A stretch of 63,539 nt of DNA, filler included, from Choristocarpus tenellus KU-1152 (lineage: Eukaryota > Protista > Phaeophyceae), in assembly GCA_964200185.2 (NCBI GenBank). It is 9 parts of 9 records of this genome, joined end to end, with 100 filler letters (N's around TTAATTAATTAA, not from the genome) between each part and the next. Parts side by side here need not be neighbours in the genome. Positions count along the whole stretch, not along the records: positions 23,457 to 26,601 come from CAXNAD020021999.1; positions 26,702 to 35,539 come from CAXNAD020004272.1; positions 35,640 to 53,108 come from CAXNAD020000672.1; 6 more parts are not named here. One strand, written 5' to 3'. Shown here in pieces: positions 23,457 to 37,480 of this stretch. How positions within the stretch are numbered: position 1 is the stretch's first letter; every line of letters starts with the position of its first letter. Below the pieces are notes generated by a model. It searched no databases. It was not told the origin of the DNA and saw only the letters and a list, made by a program, of their open reading frames with translations. A program made the translations under genes and the position numbers.

Positions 23457-25856
23457 ATGGAGCCCCACCTACCCCCCCCTTTCCCCCCAACTCGTCCCAC
23501 ATAATCTCCCGTACCAAATTCAACTTAGAACAAGCACGGTCAATTTCTGCCTCTGTCTCTGCATCATAGCTGAAGCTCTGACACATAAGAAAGAGAGGTT
23601 GAGCAAATGGCAGAGCCTTCAGAGGCATACCGGCGGATTCAATTTCGGGTGAAGACAGGATTGGTGTTGGAGTGGTTGAGCACGCTTTCTGTGCGTTGAT
23701 CCTCAATGGGGAGGTTCTCAGCAGGCTACTAACTGTGTGAAACAGGGGTTCAACCACAGAGGCCGAGTAGATAACATCGCTGGCAATAATAAGGTCAAAC
23801 GAAGCCTCCTCCCTTCGACCTGAGAGGAGTCCAGCATCACAAGTGTTGGGATTTAGGTGAGCACCAACTCCTACTTCCAACAAGGTTTCACCACATTCAT
23901 TGTCACCTGAAAATGCTTCTTCCCACCCTTCCAACACTCCCAAACTATTTTTTCCTCCAAGATTCCCCGCCTCATCCTGTGCACCCCCCTCACCATGTGG
24001 CCCCTGCAATGGCACATTTATTGTGGGTGTCTGTTCTTGCAAAAGTGTCGATTTGACCAGGTCAGGTTTACTGTCCGACTCTGGAGGAAGGTCATCGCCA
24101 CCTTGAAGAGCTTCAAAGAGCGCATCCCGTTCTTGCTTACCTACACTCCCAATATGGGTCAACAGGGGGAGGAGAGAGGTAGCATGTGGCATGCTTTGAA
24201 CATCGTGAGCTATTGATTCATTGACATTTGCTGGCAAGTCGTGTCTCTCAACCAAAACTGGACTTTGGATAATGGGTGGGGAAGTACTAATTGAGGAAAT
24301 ATTTGCGTGACATTAAATACACCTACAGGTGCTTTGACCTTGTGTACAACACTATCCCTGTGATTCCCTTTCTGTTGAAGTACAGTACAACTACACAGAA
24401 CTGGGCATTGGGCATTACATTTTTATCAAAACTCTATAGCTGTAGCCTAATGAATAGCTGTGTAGAGGTGCAGGGCATGCATTAAAAGGCTTCATAGTTG
24501 AGATTGGTCATCACATTATCATCAAGGGTCGATTGCTACTCTCCTGCTCTCACCTAATGGGCCCCACGGTAGCCGCACACAGCGTGTCCTGGCCACCTTT
24601 GCCCCACCTGTCCCTGCTCCACTTCCCTCAGAGTCCCGTTGCTGCTTGGAAATGGTGTCTTCAATCACTTCAAGGACCCCTGAGTACAGTGGTAACAGTG
24701 TATCACAATGCTGCAGGATTTTAACATCAGAGACAAAACAATCACTCAAGTTAGAGATAAGCTTCAAAATCCCCTACCTTCACAATATGGCTTTCATTTC
24801 CCCATCGTATGTACACTGAAATCACTACTAATTCGCAACTTCCTTCAGCCCTCCCCCACACACATCCACCTCTAAGAAAGTGCTCCAGCAATGCACACGA
24901 CCAGTTCCCTCCCACCCCCTGCCATTATCTACCCCCCCATGAACTCCATGAATTCCGTATACATACCAAAGAACAGAAGTGTACCTACAACACCCATACC
25001 CCATCATCTACACCCATTCCCTCACTTTGCCAATTGCAGTACATTAAAGTACAAAGTATTTTCTCACCAAAATCGTGGTCTGTGAAGATCACAGATGTCG
25101 TCCCTTCCAGACGGGCAGCAACATGTCCTGCCAGCCCAACCCCAGCCCCGAGCTCTAAAACTGCACCATGCGGAAGGGCTTGCCAGTGATCGACAAGGTA
25201 GGAGCATAAGACGGGCGAAGCTGGCCACATGTAGTGCCCAGACTAATTTTGTCCCGTCCGAGTATATGGTGCAGGTGATGGCGATGCATGCCATATATGT
25301 GGAACAAGTCCAAAGTGCGAAAACGGAGTCCATATGACAATGTGCAGGGTGTACACGGTTTAAAGTGCACAAAGATAAGCAAACATTACTACAGTACGCA
25401 AATGCACAAAGCATATATTCCGAGGTTACGTAAGAGCTGTAAATATGGAACATGGGCTAGGAACAAGTTAGTCCCTAATTCCAACGTCGAATCTCGAGGT
25501 ATTGGCATTGATCAATTCCCTTTGGTGGGTCCAGAAACTCGGCTGCATTCTAGCACCGGAGGACATGTCACCTCCGGCATATATCTTGAGTGCGCCAGGT
25601 CTTTCGGTGGAGTAAGGTACTTGGCAGCACGGGCACAGCGTGTGAAAGGTTGGCATCTGAACTCCGTTGAGACCAATAGAAGACACATTACTTGTTGCGG
25701 GTTTATCGGCAAGCATCTATGAGGTACTGGCAAGGGATACGAACGTATACTACAGCAAGGGCAAGTGAGGCGTATATCAGAGCACAATCGGGCAGGATAC
25801 AACAGACGTACAGACCTGCACAGCCCCAGCTTCGTCGTCGACAACGTACACAGCTA
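23457..25856 (-). CDS. Class I SAM-dependent methyltransferase, Methyltransf_16 (METTL21/23-like); exons 25856-25816, 25242-25068, 24679-24554, 24140-23457 (runs into gap)
   Basis: DDEAGAVQ|SGHYMWPAS..L, VLELGAGVGLAG, IFTDHD, LPWG, FDLIIASDVIY; in-phase junctions; 5' exon(s) near 26340-26600 unresolved. Confidence 0.9.
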
Positions 25857-27037
25857 CTGTGATATCTCCAAATCGGAACTCGCGACAGACTTTGGGGAGG
25901 GCATTGTCGAACATGAACCCAACCTTTGAGGCCATGGTCATATTGATTGTGGTTTTCCACAGGGATCAATCAAGAAAAAGAGATAGATGCAGAAAACAGA
26001 AGAGAGCGAGAACGAGTAAGTGATTGAGAGATAAGCAGATTCTTGAATTCCAGTCTCACGCAGACCCCAACAGACTGCATGGATAACCGAGCTCGTCCGA
26101 GCTTCGATGGAGACCATCAATCAAATTCTTGTACTTCCTTCGTACTCTCACTTCTGCATACATGTCGTCATCCACGTCGTGCCCCTCCATCTTCCTATCA
26201 GTGTCCACAGCCTCACTATGTGGAGGTCGACTTTTTTTTTAAACTCGGTATAAATAGTAGTATTTACCAGTATTACCAATAATAGTAGTATGAGTATAGT
26301 AAGGCAAAACGGATGTATGAGTATAACCTCAACACCTTTGCGGTGGAAAGTTTTGGGCGCCTCGGCAAGCAAGCGGAATGCTTCCCGGATGAGCTGGCTA
26401 CCTAACCCTAACCACATAGCAGGAGGGAGAGGAGCGGGAGGATATGGCAGGAAAGGAGTAGTTAAATCCAGACTACGCCAAATTGTTTCGGTGACTACGC
26501 AAGTGGAATTGTCTCGACGTCATGCGTTTTAAGCTAGAGTCACCAGGGAGATGGATGGGCATGGAGAGGTCTGTTGGATTCTTGGGATTCTTCCTTAGCC
26601 CNNNNNNNNNNNNNNNNNNNNNNNNNNNNNNNNNNNNNNNNNNNNTTAATTAATTAANNNNNNNNNNNNNNNNNNNNNNNNNNNNNNNNNNNNNNNNNNN
26701 NGGGGGGGTATGTTATCAATTCTTAAGAGGGTGAGGAGGTAGAAAGGAACCGTGTAGGGGTGACGTAAGGGGCTGTTCTCTTCTGTGTTTGAGCATCTCT
26801 GGCTGCTGGATTTGTGGGAAAGCACTTACTTTTTCTTGACTTGACTGTGTCTTGAGGGAAGTACAAGCTGAAAACAGATGGGAAGGGATGAAGAATGCGA
26901 CTTGTGGTGCATGGTTGTTCAAAGTATGATAACTTGGAAGCCCTGCTAGGTGTGATACTTCACAATGTCATTTGGCTGTGCTTCTCACCAACCATACCCC
27001 CCTCGCCCCTTCCTTTTTGCTGCTTGGTATACCAAAG

Positions 27038-28395
27038 TTGACTGTCAATTTCAAGGATGGTGATCCGGAGACATACACCGCCTACCAAGACCTGGAAAGG
27101 GATTTCATCAGCGAAAAGGTTGACTTTTTTGTGGCGCTGTAGTGCTAGCTTCTAGTTCATGCTTGTGTCCGAAAAAAGAAGAAGAGATGTGTTACAAACC
27201 CAGAACTTTCTATACTCTATAGTATAGTACTGTTTGGTATCTATCTCTATATGTATGCTGCCGTCTGTAGTAGTACTCTAAATACATCTCGTGTATGATA
27301 GTGGGAGGGTAGTGGAAGGAGAGGGTGGATTTTGTTTTCTGGCTGAAAACGTAGGCTGAGGGTGAAGCTTAGGGTTAGGGTTAGTGGGCCCATTACAATT
27401 AGACTGGTTGGATTGGAGTGTTAGGTGCTGGATGATAGAGGTAAGACCTTAGTTGTCTCTTAGACCGCTGGTGATTATTTCCCATTTTTTTTCACTCAGC
27501 ATGTCCATACTACTATACATGCTTGCCAAAGGCTTTTAATATAATTTTTTTCTAGGGGGCAGGCCTCCTGACTAATTTGTATATTTCTTGGCATGAATAA
27601 AAAGCATATTCTTAACATGGCAGCTTGGAAATCAGCAGTCAGGGCAGTGGTACGGTGAATGGTATGAGTAGTTCCACAAATGCAATCAATATATATATTT
27701 TCGGTACAGTACTGTTGACTAGGTCAAAACCCTGTTTAGAACACTGTGTATTGTCAATAGCTGAGAAGGCGTTTGTGGAGCATATTGCGCAATTCCAAGT
27801 GCAGCACCAAAAATCCTCAAGGAGTCAACAAATCGAAGGAATAAAGGTGCAGATCAGGTAGGTAGAAAAAATACACAGCTCGTACTCGTTGCCCCATGTC
27901 TGCCTCCATCTCAAAACCGCACTGATGCCTCAACCCTAATACAACTTAACTAAGAAACAGTGATCCTTGCGTGTTCATCTGTGTTGGACTATTTTTTATG
28001 GCACCGTATACCTATGACACTTACGCCCCTAAAATCAACCAATCGATAGATCAATTTCTGCACTGATGATCAGTTTATTGCCCCAGATTTGGGTTGCATT
28101 TGCTCTCAGCTCCCTCACCTTCATGCTCACACCTATCATTACTCCTGTTCCCCCACATCTCCCCTTTCACTAACCCTCCTTCCATCTCTATCACCACATC
28201 TAGACCTTACTTCTCCCTGCCCCCCACTCCTTTGATGATATCCCCACCCTTGCCCTTCAGCTTCATCCAAGCGACCTTAAACCAGCAGTCTCTGAGGCAC
28301 TGAATCGCATTCTTCAGCCAGTTCGAGACCACTTTGCTCAGGGGGAGCCCAAGAAGCTTCTAGCCACAGTAAAAAAGTACAAGACTACTCGGTGA
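27038..28395 (+). CDS. YARS: Cytosolic tyrosyl-tRNA synthetase, last two exons (27038-27118, 28261-28395)
   Basis: TYTAYQDLERDFISEK|LHPSDLKPAVSEALNRILQPVRDHF...KKLLATVKKYKTTR*, the typical plant/protist TyrRS C-terminus. Confidence 0.88.
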
Positions 28396-29348
28396 TTGTG
28401 ACCTCTGTCCAGAAGTGGACAGTATACCTCTCACAACCCAGTCCCTCCTCTCCCCCAATCAGACCCATCACGACCTTTACCCCTAAACTGAGCAAGAAAT
28501 GACAAGGTAGGGTTCTTGTCTTGGTCCCGTACGCTTCACCCCCCACATGCATGTGATAGCCCTCACAGTACCTTTTGTTTGCAATGTTGTCTCTCTTGTC
28601 TTCCCTTTTAACCCTTGGGTCTCTTTCTCGGGGTCAGGCTATATGAAGTATTGAAACTTTTGATTGTGAGGTGTGGTGCAGAATGGCTGATGCACTGCCT
28701 ATGATGCTATATGGAAGACCTTTCTCCCCCTCTTAGTTGATGGGATGTGTAGGGTGTGATCGTGTAAACACTTGTTTTGGATTAGGGACAGTTGCAGCAT
28801 CCTTGTTAGAGGGGTGTCAAGTGTTGTGCTAGTACTATGCAGCATAGGTTATGCTTCTTTTCTTGGAAAGTAATTGAAACTACTGGTGAATTCATGTGCT
28901 TTTTGACTTATGAAGCACGGGTGGAAGCATGAACAATGTGAGGGTATGAGGCAGCTGAAGGAACTTCAAGGCGAGGCTAATAATAGATGTGGAGGAAACT
29001 TCGATGGCGATGATCAGGAGAGAGGGTAGACTAACCCAGAGAAGAGCAGGATGCAGGCTCAACAACTCTTCATTGTTTGAAACTGTTCTTCAACGCAGTC
29101 CCCTGTAGAGCTCTTTGTGGGGGAGAGGAGGTTGATTCTGTGGTCTGTGGTCATTGCAATTCATCCGACAGTTACAGCTACCTATACCACCTTGCCTCTC
29201 TCCCCAATGAGGGATGAGTGCTTAACCTGATGTGCTCAGCTGACAGAAATGAAAGTTGCCGTTAGTCTTGCTACCTTTAGCCTCTTTACAGCGTACTACT
29301 GTGTGGCTTGTTAATAGTAGTAAGAGATGCTGTGCTGACTTCAGTCTC

Positions 29349-32300
29349 TCACACGTTTACTGTGGCAACAGCAGCTGAAACAGCTATCGTTGTTCCTGGA
29401 AGGCGTTTCTCTCGTCTCTTGAGACCCTCAAGTGAACCTGCAGGAATCCTCCCCTGCCCCGATTCCTCCTGTATACTCTTTGCAGGGTTTGATAGCACGA
29501 TAGGCGTCACCATTTCTGCCCCTGCTGCTGTACCTCCTGTCTTGTACCCTCCACGTGTGTCTTTGTGTTTACCAACTCCTATCCTATTGCCTGGTCCAAC
29601 TTCAATCCCTGCCTTGGATCCTCTGTGACCCCTCGTGCGACGGAGGATACTGTCTAGTGATGATTGCATTCGCCTGTTGGCTGCATCGCTCTTTACTGTC
29701 GTCCCCACCTCACTCACTGACCCATTCCTCTCCGGATGGGTCAGTGCGCCTGCCTCTCCTATTGCCTTGAGTCGTGCCTTTGGTGCCCCTTCTCCATTGA
29801 TCGGATCTGTAGACTTGTAGACTTTCTGAGGCACCGCAGCCTGCGGTACTGGACAAGAGGAGCTTTTTACACTGTTGCCAACCTCATGGTCTTGACTGTT
29901 ACTGTGGCAGCTGGTGCCCTCGGGGTGTGCATTAGGTGACAACACAGGATTGAGGCATGGTTGTCTGTTGCTTGGCACTGTGTTAACCATTCGAGTTTCC
30001 GTCTCAGGCATCACAGCCTGGTTTCTGCTGCTGCAGGAATAGGATGTGCTTTGTCTTCTTCTATGCCCTCCTGTTGGTGCAGCTCCTCCTTTTGTGCCTC
30101 CGCTTAATGTGGAACTGCTGACAGGTGCTGGATGTGTACGTCTTAGCCTGCACTCACTGGAGGGTAGCTTGCCTGCTGTTGTTCCCATCCCTACCACAGT
30201 TTTCCTGTTGACCGGAGACATCGCACGTCGCTCCTGAAAGTTCCATGTAAAACAGACTCGCCACAGTGAGCAGAGGTGTACATGGGTGTGTGCTATTTGT
30301 TGGGGAGGGGATAGGGAGGGATTCTCGGTAATGGTATATGTTAAGATGTTTTTTTTGTGGAGGGGGTGTCAATGGTGAGTTTGAAGGGGGGTTTTGGCAT
30401 GTAAGTATTGAAATCTCCAATGGCTACAAGCAGAATAGTCATGGTAGGGGTACGGTGGATGAGGGTGCCATGGCAATCAGAGGCGCTGTCAGCAGGCTAA
30501 AAAGCGTTTACCACAGTGTCTTCATGAAAGCTTTTGGAGTTGATATCGTGGTAAGTGCGAAGATTCAGGGGTAGAGGATACTGTATGAATAAAATCCCCT
30601 CTATGTATACATCAATGGCAGAATGTGAGGCACTGAGTAGTGTAGTAGTATGGTGTAAAATATCCTGCAGGTCATTATGACCAGGTGAATGTACTCAAAC
30701 TCCAAAATCCTGGAAGAGCTCCTCTTGTCTCTTTTGACTCTGGCAACTCTCTGATACCTCCATGGCGACATCGTTGGGTACAACAATGGATGAAATACTA
30801 CAGTAGTGTGTGCTTGCATTTGCTTCGACACGCGTGTCATTGATCTACTCTCTTCCCTCTGGTCCTTGTGTGATAATGATCTTTTGTGTACCTGAAGGAT
30901 ATCAAACGCTGTGATTCCATCTCCCCTTCGCTGAGCCTCTCCAGATATTCTGGTGAAGAATGCAGTCATGGCTTGCAGAGCCTCCTGGGCAGTGTTGAGA
31001 TCGTTGTCGTCTGCAATCTTCAGCCTCACCTGTTGGGAAGTCACCGGCACTAGTTTAAGGTTGTGTTTGATAGGGATGTAGCCCTAGTTCGAAGCAGGAC
31101 CTTAGTTGCACAGGGACACCCAATATTTCTACTTGTGTCTAAGTATGGATTCCACTGTAAACCGGGAAATACTGTTACATAACTTCACAGAACAAGCCAT
31201 GAGAAAATCACAGTAGGACCTGCCTGAGGCTCAATCTTCTCCTTGCCTTATCTTGTGTCAAAGTTGCTACTTGTACTACACCAGTTTTATATTTATATGC
31301 ATTTGATAGGTGCCCTCACCAGCTTCCGGACTTCTTGTGCCCCAGCTGTGAGGTATGCAGCCTCCTCCTCTGTCAACTCACTCCCCCCCCCACACCCTGC
31401 CATTAGCAACGGTGAACCCTCCATAGCCTCTCGCACACTGCGGGGGGTGGCTGCCTGCTGCTCATCAACTGATGTTTCTGAGTCGTAAGGAAGCAGCCAC
31501 CGGCTGAGCTGACCTTTGAGTACACCGAGTTCCTGTAGGATGTGTTGATTAGCAGCTGACTTAGGTTACAAGAAAGGCAAGAAGAGCAAAGGCACCAAGA
31601 CTGGAGTCTCATTAGCGGAAGGAGGATGGCTGCACTTCAACCAATTTCGGAGGGAAGAGAAGAGTTGTTTATCGTGCACTCTACCTTGTTCTGACTGTGA
31701 GGTTGGGTGTCGAACGGGAAAACGTAAAAAAATGATAGATTATTCATTCAGCTAGGTTAAGGTTATTCAAACATGGTTGACTGATGAGGAAGCTCAATGG
31801 ATTATATAAATTTCTTGCATTTTTTACCCTTCAGATTTGGTACTAGAATTGTAAAATATGTAGTCTGGATTTTTCCATGCTAGCGTTCGTCCTGAGCTCT
31901 ATTGCTACTACAGCAAAAGGTACTATCAAGTACTTCAGACTGATTCTACTTGCAACTCTTTAACTCTTTCCCTCAATGAACCGCGTGACATTACTATCCT
32001 CTCCTTTTACACACAGACCTGAGCCTTGTTTTCAAGCTTTTCCATGAACCGCAACCCCTCCTCTGCAGCTGCCATCGTGTACCTAAGATCTGAGCTGTTT
32101 GTGATGGCCCTCCGGAGCATAAATTCCACTTCGGCCCACCTTGCATCTAGCGATGCGGGCCATATCCAAGCTTCCTCAATGCCCCTGTCCTTCACTGCTG
32201 TGGGTAGAGTACGACAAGTTCCCCTAGTCCACCCAACTACAACCGGGCCTGGCATCTGTCCCATTTTGGACCCTGTGTTTCCCTGCAGGTGCTGATCTTG

Positions 32301-34830
32301 CTGGTGCTGATTTTCGCATTCACTTTGTATTGTACCCAATTTGACCTGCTCCCCACTCACTGTACTCCCAACTGCACTGATCCCTGACTCATTCTTGTTG
32401 TGGATTGGCCCATCATGGTGCAAGTTAGATCTAGGGCTGGGGGCGCCGATGAGGTCTTTGCCTTCTTCCATGCTTTTCTTGATTATTGGTTTGTGCACAA
32501 TGTCCTGTCTCTCATGTAGCGGTTCAACCTGGGATCCACCTCGGCGCCTGTAGTTTGGTCCGGCATCAACGGGGGCAGAAGAATGATTGTTAGAGAGGTA
32601 CATTGAGTCAAATTATTTTAGAGGGTAGAGCCGCGTCTGTTTGGGGGCAGAAATCCAATGTTCCGATTTTGATGTAATTTTGGATATCGTGTTTGTTAGA
32701 AAGTGCCAATATCCTTGTTCCGGACATACCTTTTCATAATGTACACATTTTATCTACTCTGAGACATTTTGGAGTAGGAAAATGTCTTAAAAAGTCCGTG
32801 GGAAGCAAAGCCCCAAACGGACAAACAGGGCGAGACTCGTACCCTCTAAGATACTTTCACTCTTTGCCCTCAATGTGGGCAAGAGGCAAGAGGCAAAGTA
32901 AAGAGAGGGGGAGAGGAAGGAAGGAGGACCTAACTGCATTGGATTCTTGCACTCTGTCATGGGTTGTGGCAGGAAGAAGGATATTATCCTTATAATTTCA
33001 GTACTATGAACGAGCTCATCCATATAGTGGATCCTGTTGCCGCCCATTAAAGCCACCTGGGATAGTAATTCTGGCACCCAATCTATGCTAGAGGAGGTAA
33101 AGTGACTGGTGGATGAAGATCATCACCTGCGACCCAGCAGGGTGTTCTTGATACCCAATACCATGTCACTGAGTGAAGGAGAGTTGTGCCTAGGAGCCAA
33201 ATCCCTCCTCTGCTGGTCACCTCTCTGCCTGTAAGGATGTGAGGATTGAAGTGCTGTCTCGATATCCATGCCTGGCTTGGATTGACTGAAGAGAAGTTGG
33301 CTTCCTCTTCTGCCTAATGACCAAAGTGGTGCGCAAGGGTGGGTTTCATGTAAGCATATGGGTGAACATTTGATTTGGGAGGGGCAATGATGATCATTCC
33401 TGCACTTGTACACTCCACTGTAGATGTCAAGATGAGCACAATAATGAATTGAAAGTTAAAGTACATGATCCTAACAACATTTCCATGTGACTTTGACATG
33501 TCAGCATGGAGTTATCATCCCATCCTCTCGTGGATTTCTCAACCTTCATCATTACCTGCCATAATATGGCCGGCCAACTCCTTTGCTTCTCCAATTTCCA
33601 CCTCCTCGGATCTTTTTGTTCCTACAGCTTGGCCACAGTCTCTCCCGCCCATGGAGGAAGTCATTTCCACTCTGCCAGGATTAATGTCTATCCCCTTCAG
33701 CATTTCACCTGAATGGGTCTTGTGACCAACTTGAAGCAAAAGTCCATCACCTCCCCCTCTGGGTGACAGCTTGGATGAAACAGTCCAGGAACTGATGTCA
33801 TCTGAGGCATGGCGTTGATATGGAGTCCCCCCCCGACCCTGCTCCCCTGCCCTTCCTCCTTCCCCAACATTAGTTTCATTGATACTGCATCCATCGGCAA
33901 TGTTGACCATATGCCTATCACCCCTTCCATGTTCTGCGCCTTTGATATTTCGGGGGGAAAGGACTTCAAAGCACCCCACCATCTGGTGTGGTAGACTTTC
34001 CGAGTGTGTAGGGCTCATCCTGTCATAGGAACAGCATATTTTGACTGGTGGTGTGTTGCTCCTTTCACCAGGGCTTTTCGCCAACGTGTCATCTTTGCTT
34101 GGTTGCAACTCTGGAGTTTTGATGGCTCCAGTGCCACTATCTCTCCTGCTCCATTTTCCATGCAAACTAGTCCCACTACTTGGACATGGTCTTGGTCTCG
34201 AGCGTGACCTATGCCTCCTCCTGTTGTCTTGGTGTTCCATCTCCCTCAGGTGAACCTTGAGCTGCTCAACCTGCAGATTTGGTATGCAGTCACAGGGGAT
34301 GGAGTTAACTGCACGCTCTGGTAATATTTGTTGATGCACTGATAAGCTGATTGAAGGTGTAACAATTTCAACAGGAGGGGCAGCAAGAGAAGGATAAGGG
34401 GCTTGGTGACACACAAACCCTGCATATGGAAATTGTCCACTGCTTGGAATACTATGTTTATCAAATATCTTGATTTATTTTGTACTGGAGTGTTATTATG
34501 ACTGCACCATATTCTCCAGTCTATGACCGTTTCTAAGTGCCCAATATAGTTCTCTTTCTTCAAATGAACAAATTTGCAAACACATCCGTATGCACCCCTT
34601 CTAATGGTCTGAGAGAGGAAAATTGAAAGAAGTATGCATCTCCATGATGGTGTGTGAGATTTCTACACTATTTCAGGGTAATGGAGGTTAGCTGCAGTGA
34701 GTAGTCTATACATTGATAATGGTACAGATTTCGATGAGTTCGTGCATCTGCCGAAATTACCTCTCTCTCCAGGACCATGTTGTGAAGCTCCAAAGTTGCC
34801 CGCTCATGCCCGCCTGAGACCACTTCTGGG
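29349..34830 (-). CDS. Large hypothetical protein (coiled-coil plus disordered regions), 5' unresolved; exons ~34826-34761, 34270-33544, 33313-33127, 32547-32019, 31532-31320, 31029-30892, 30233-29349
   Basis: Seven exons chain in phase with canonical sites; helical core WAEVEFMLRRA...VRKLVRLKIADDNDLNTAQEALQAMTAFF; no family recognised. Confidence 0.75.
32605..32862. mobile_element. MITE subfamily A (inverted), intronic
   Basis: GAGTCAAATTATTT...AGATACTTTCACTC; reverse-complement match to 29-287; flanks ATT/TTT. Confidence 0.85.
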
Positions 34831-35468
34831 GATGACTTCAGGAGTGGGAGAACAGCAGTCCTTTCACTGTGCAAATGTACTATTGTAGAAGCCCTTTGTG
34901 CTTGCTCTTCCTCCTCACCAGTGGCAAAGATGTGTCTGTTGTGCATTTTTGTGGTGTGAGGGATGGATATGTGGCAGTTCATTCAGTCACAAGGGAGTGG
35001 CATTGCCTTTCCTTAGTATTGTTGGAGGGAAAAAAAGTGAATCTACAAGTACCCGGAGGACTGCTATTGCCTTTTGTTTCAAGTTGAACATAAAGGTGCT
35101 TTTGACCCTGGCAATCATGACAAACACTAATTTTAAGTGTGGTGTTTAGGTGGTGCTACGTGAGCATGCCACCCGTAAGGAGTGTACCATGAGATGAAGC
35201 AGCCGTTTGTTTCTTTTTGACTTGATCCCCAAACTCCTGACGGCCCACCCTGATCCTCCCTCCCCTGCCCCTGCAATCACAAAAGTGCTGCACTTGCTAC
35301 ATTGTGCTTTGGTTTCAACAGTTCAAATTTACCCTCCAGTTTTTGTGAAAAAACCCGAAAACGTAGCTAGTGTGCCTACCAGGAAGCAGCAGTATGAAAG
35401 ATGTTGCAACGGTGAAATCTACACCAAATTTACCTGAGGTATCACAGGAATTTGACCCAACCATTTGA

Positions 35469-35539
35469 GACTCAAATTATCTGTGGGGGTGTGGCGACTG
35501 TCCATTTGGAGTCAATTTTTTCTTGTCGCGATTTTTGGG
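35469..35539. mobile_element. MITE subfamily D, truncated by gap
   Basis: Matches the left arm of 43977-44154. Confidence 0.85.
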
Positions 35540-35639
35540 NNNNNNNNNNNNNNNNNNNNNNNNNNNNNNNNNNNNNNNNNNNNTTAATTAATTAANNNNN
35601 NNNNNNNNNNNNNNNNNNNNNNNNNNNNNNNNNNNNNNN

Positions 35640-37480
35640 CCATAGGTCTGATGTACCTTCAGTCATCCCCGTCCCAACTTCACATTCATCCACCACCTCA
35701 AGAGTTGCATTTCCAAGTTCACCTCCAGCCCCTGCAAGTTCCATTCCATCTCCCCAAAAACTGACACCTCGACCCCCATTCACCATCTCTCCCTCCCAAT
35801 CTACCACAGGCCTATTATCTGTTGGGTGATGGAGCCCTGACTCAATACAATCCTCAATGAGTATTGGACTGGACTCCCCCCGTGGTGATTAAGGCGAGCC
35901 CATTCCCGATGAGGACAGATTGTCTTCGTACATGGTGTCAGAGGAAATGTCGTCTTTTTCCTCTTCACCTTCCTCTTCCACTTCCTGTTCCTCCAACTTG
36001 GCCTGCCCCTCCATACCAACACGCCTCTGACACTCAGGAATATACTCCGGAATCACACACCGCCCAAGTGGCCACAGATCTGACTCGCATTCTGGCATTT
36101 CCATCCCAATTCCACACTCACATACCACCTCATCTGCTACACTCTCGACCTCACCATCACCTTCTGCAAGTTCTCCACCATCTACCCCAACTCTGGTTCC
36201 CCTGTCCTCATCCATCATCTCTTCCCCACCATCTACCGAAGGCACATATACTGCTGAAGTGTAGAGACCTGCCCCAGAGTCATCAGAGGAAGTCCCACCC
36301 TCATTCGCTTCGTCTTTCTCTTCCTCTTCCTCTTCCTCCAACTTGACCTCCAGCTCCATACCAACAGGCCTCTGATACTCAGGAATATATTCCGGAATAT
36401 CACACCTCCTGAGGAACCAAAGATCGGATACCCCTACAGGCATCCCCTTTCCAATTCCACACTCACATACCACCTCATCTGCTGCACTCTCGACCTCACC
36501 ACCACCTTCTGCAAGTTCTCTACCATCTACCCCAACTCTGGTTCCCCTGTCCTCATCCATCATCTCTTCCTCACCATCTACCGAAGGCACATATACTGCT
36601 GAGGTATGATGACCTGCCCCAGAGTCATAAAAGGAAGTTCCACCCTCATTCGCTTCCTCATCCTCTTCCTCTTCCTCCAACTTGGCCTCCCCCTCCATAC
36701 CAACACGCCTCTGATACTCCGGAGTATATTCCGGAATCTCACACCTCCCAAGGTACCAAAGATCACATACCCTTTCAGGCATCCCCATCCAAATTCCACA
36801 CTCACACTCCACCTCATCCGTTCCACTTCCAACTTAACAACCGGCCTCTACAACATCAACTCCATCTCCTCCAACAGTGCTCCCTCGACCCTCATCCATC
36901 AAATCTCCGTCACCGTCCACTGATGGCACATATACTGCTGAGGTATAGAGACCTGCCCCAGAATCATAAGAGGAAGTTCCACCCTCATTCACTTCCTCAT
37001 TCTCTTCCTCTTCCTCCAACTTGGCCTCCCCCTCCATACCAACAGGCCTCTGACACTCAGGAATATATTTTGGAACGACACACCTCCCAAGGGACCACAG
37101 ATCTGATACCCCTACAGGCATCCCCATCCCAATTCCGAACTTACACTCCGCCTCATCCGTTCCACTTCCAACATCGCCTCCGGCCTCTACAAGTTCAACC
37201 CCATCTCCTCCAACAGTGCTCCCTCGACCCTCATCCATCATATCTCCCTCACCGTCCACTGATGGAACGTATACTGCTGAGGTGTGGAACCCTGCCCCAG
37301 TTCCATCCTCAACAAGTGCTGTACTTGAATCCCCCTGTGGTGACTGGAGTGTGGCCAGATGAGCTGAGGAAGACACACCTTCCCACATGGTGTCAGAGGA
37401 AATGCCCTCTGTTGTCTCTTCATCTTCATCATCCTCATCCATGACCTCCAACTTGGCCTCCCCCTCCACACCACAAGACC
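35640..37480. repeat. Tandem repeat, 339-345 bp unit, about 4 conserved plus degenerate copies
   Basis: Anchor GG(C/A)AC(A/G)TATACTGCTGA at 36241, 36586, 36925, 37264. Confidence 0.92.

Noticed and set aside
27761-27858. Apparent extra exon (AFVEHIAQFQ...) in TyrRS
   Set aside because: The flanking exons join directly in phase to give the conserved ..SEK-LHPSDLK; inclusion would shift the frame.
35864-37444. Plus-strand His/Pro-rich ORFs
   Set aside because: Antisense shadows of the minus-strand acidic repeat frame.
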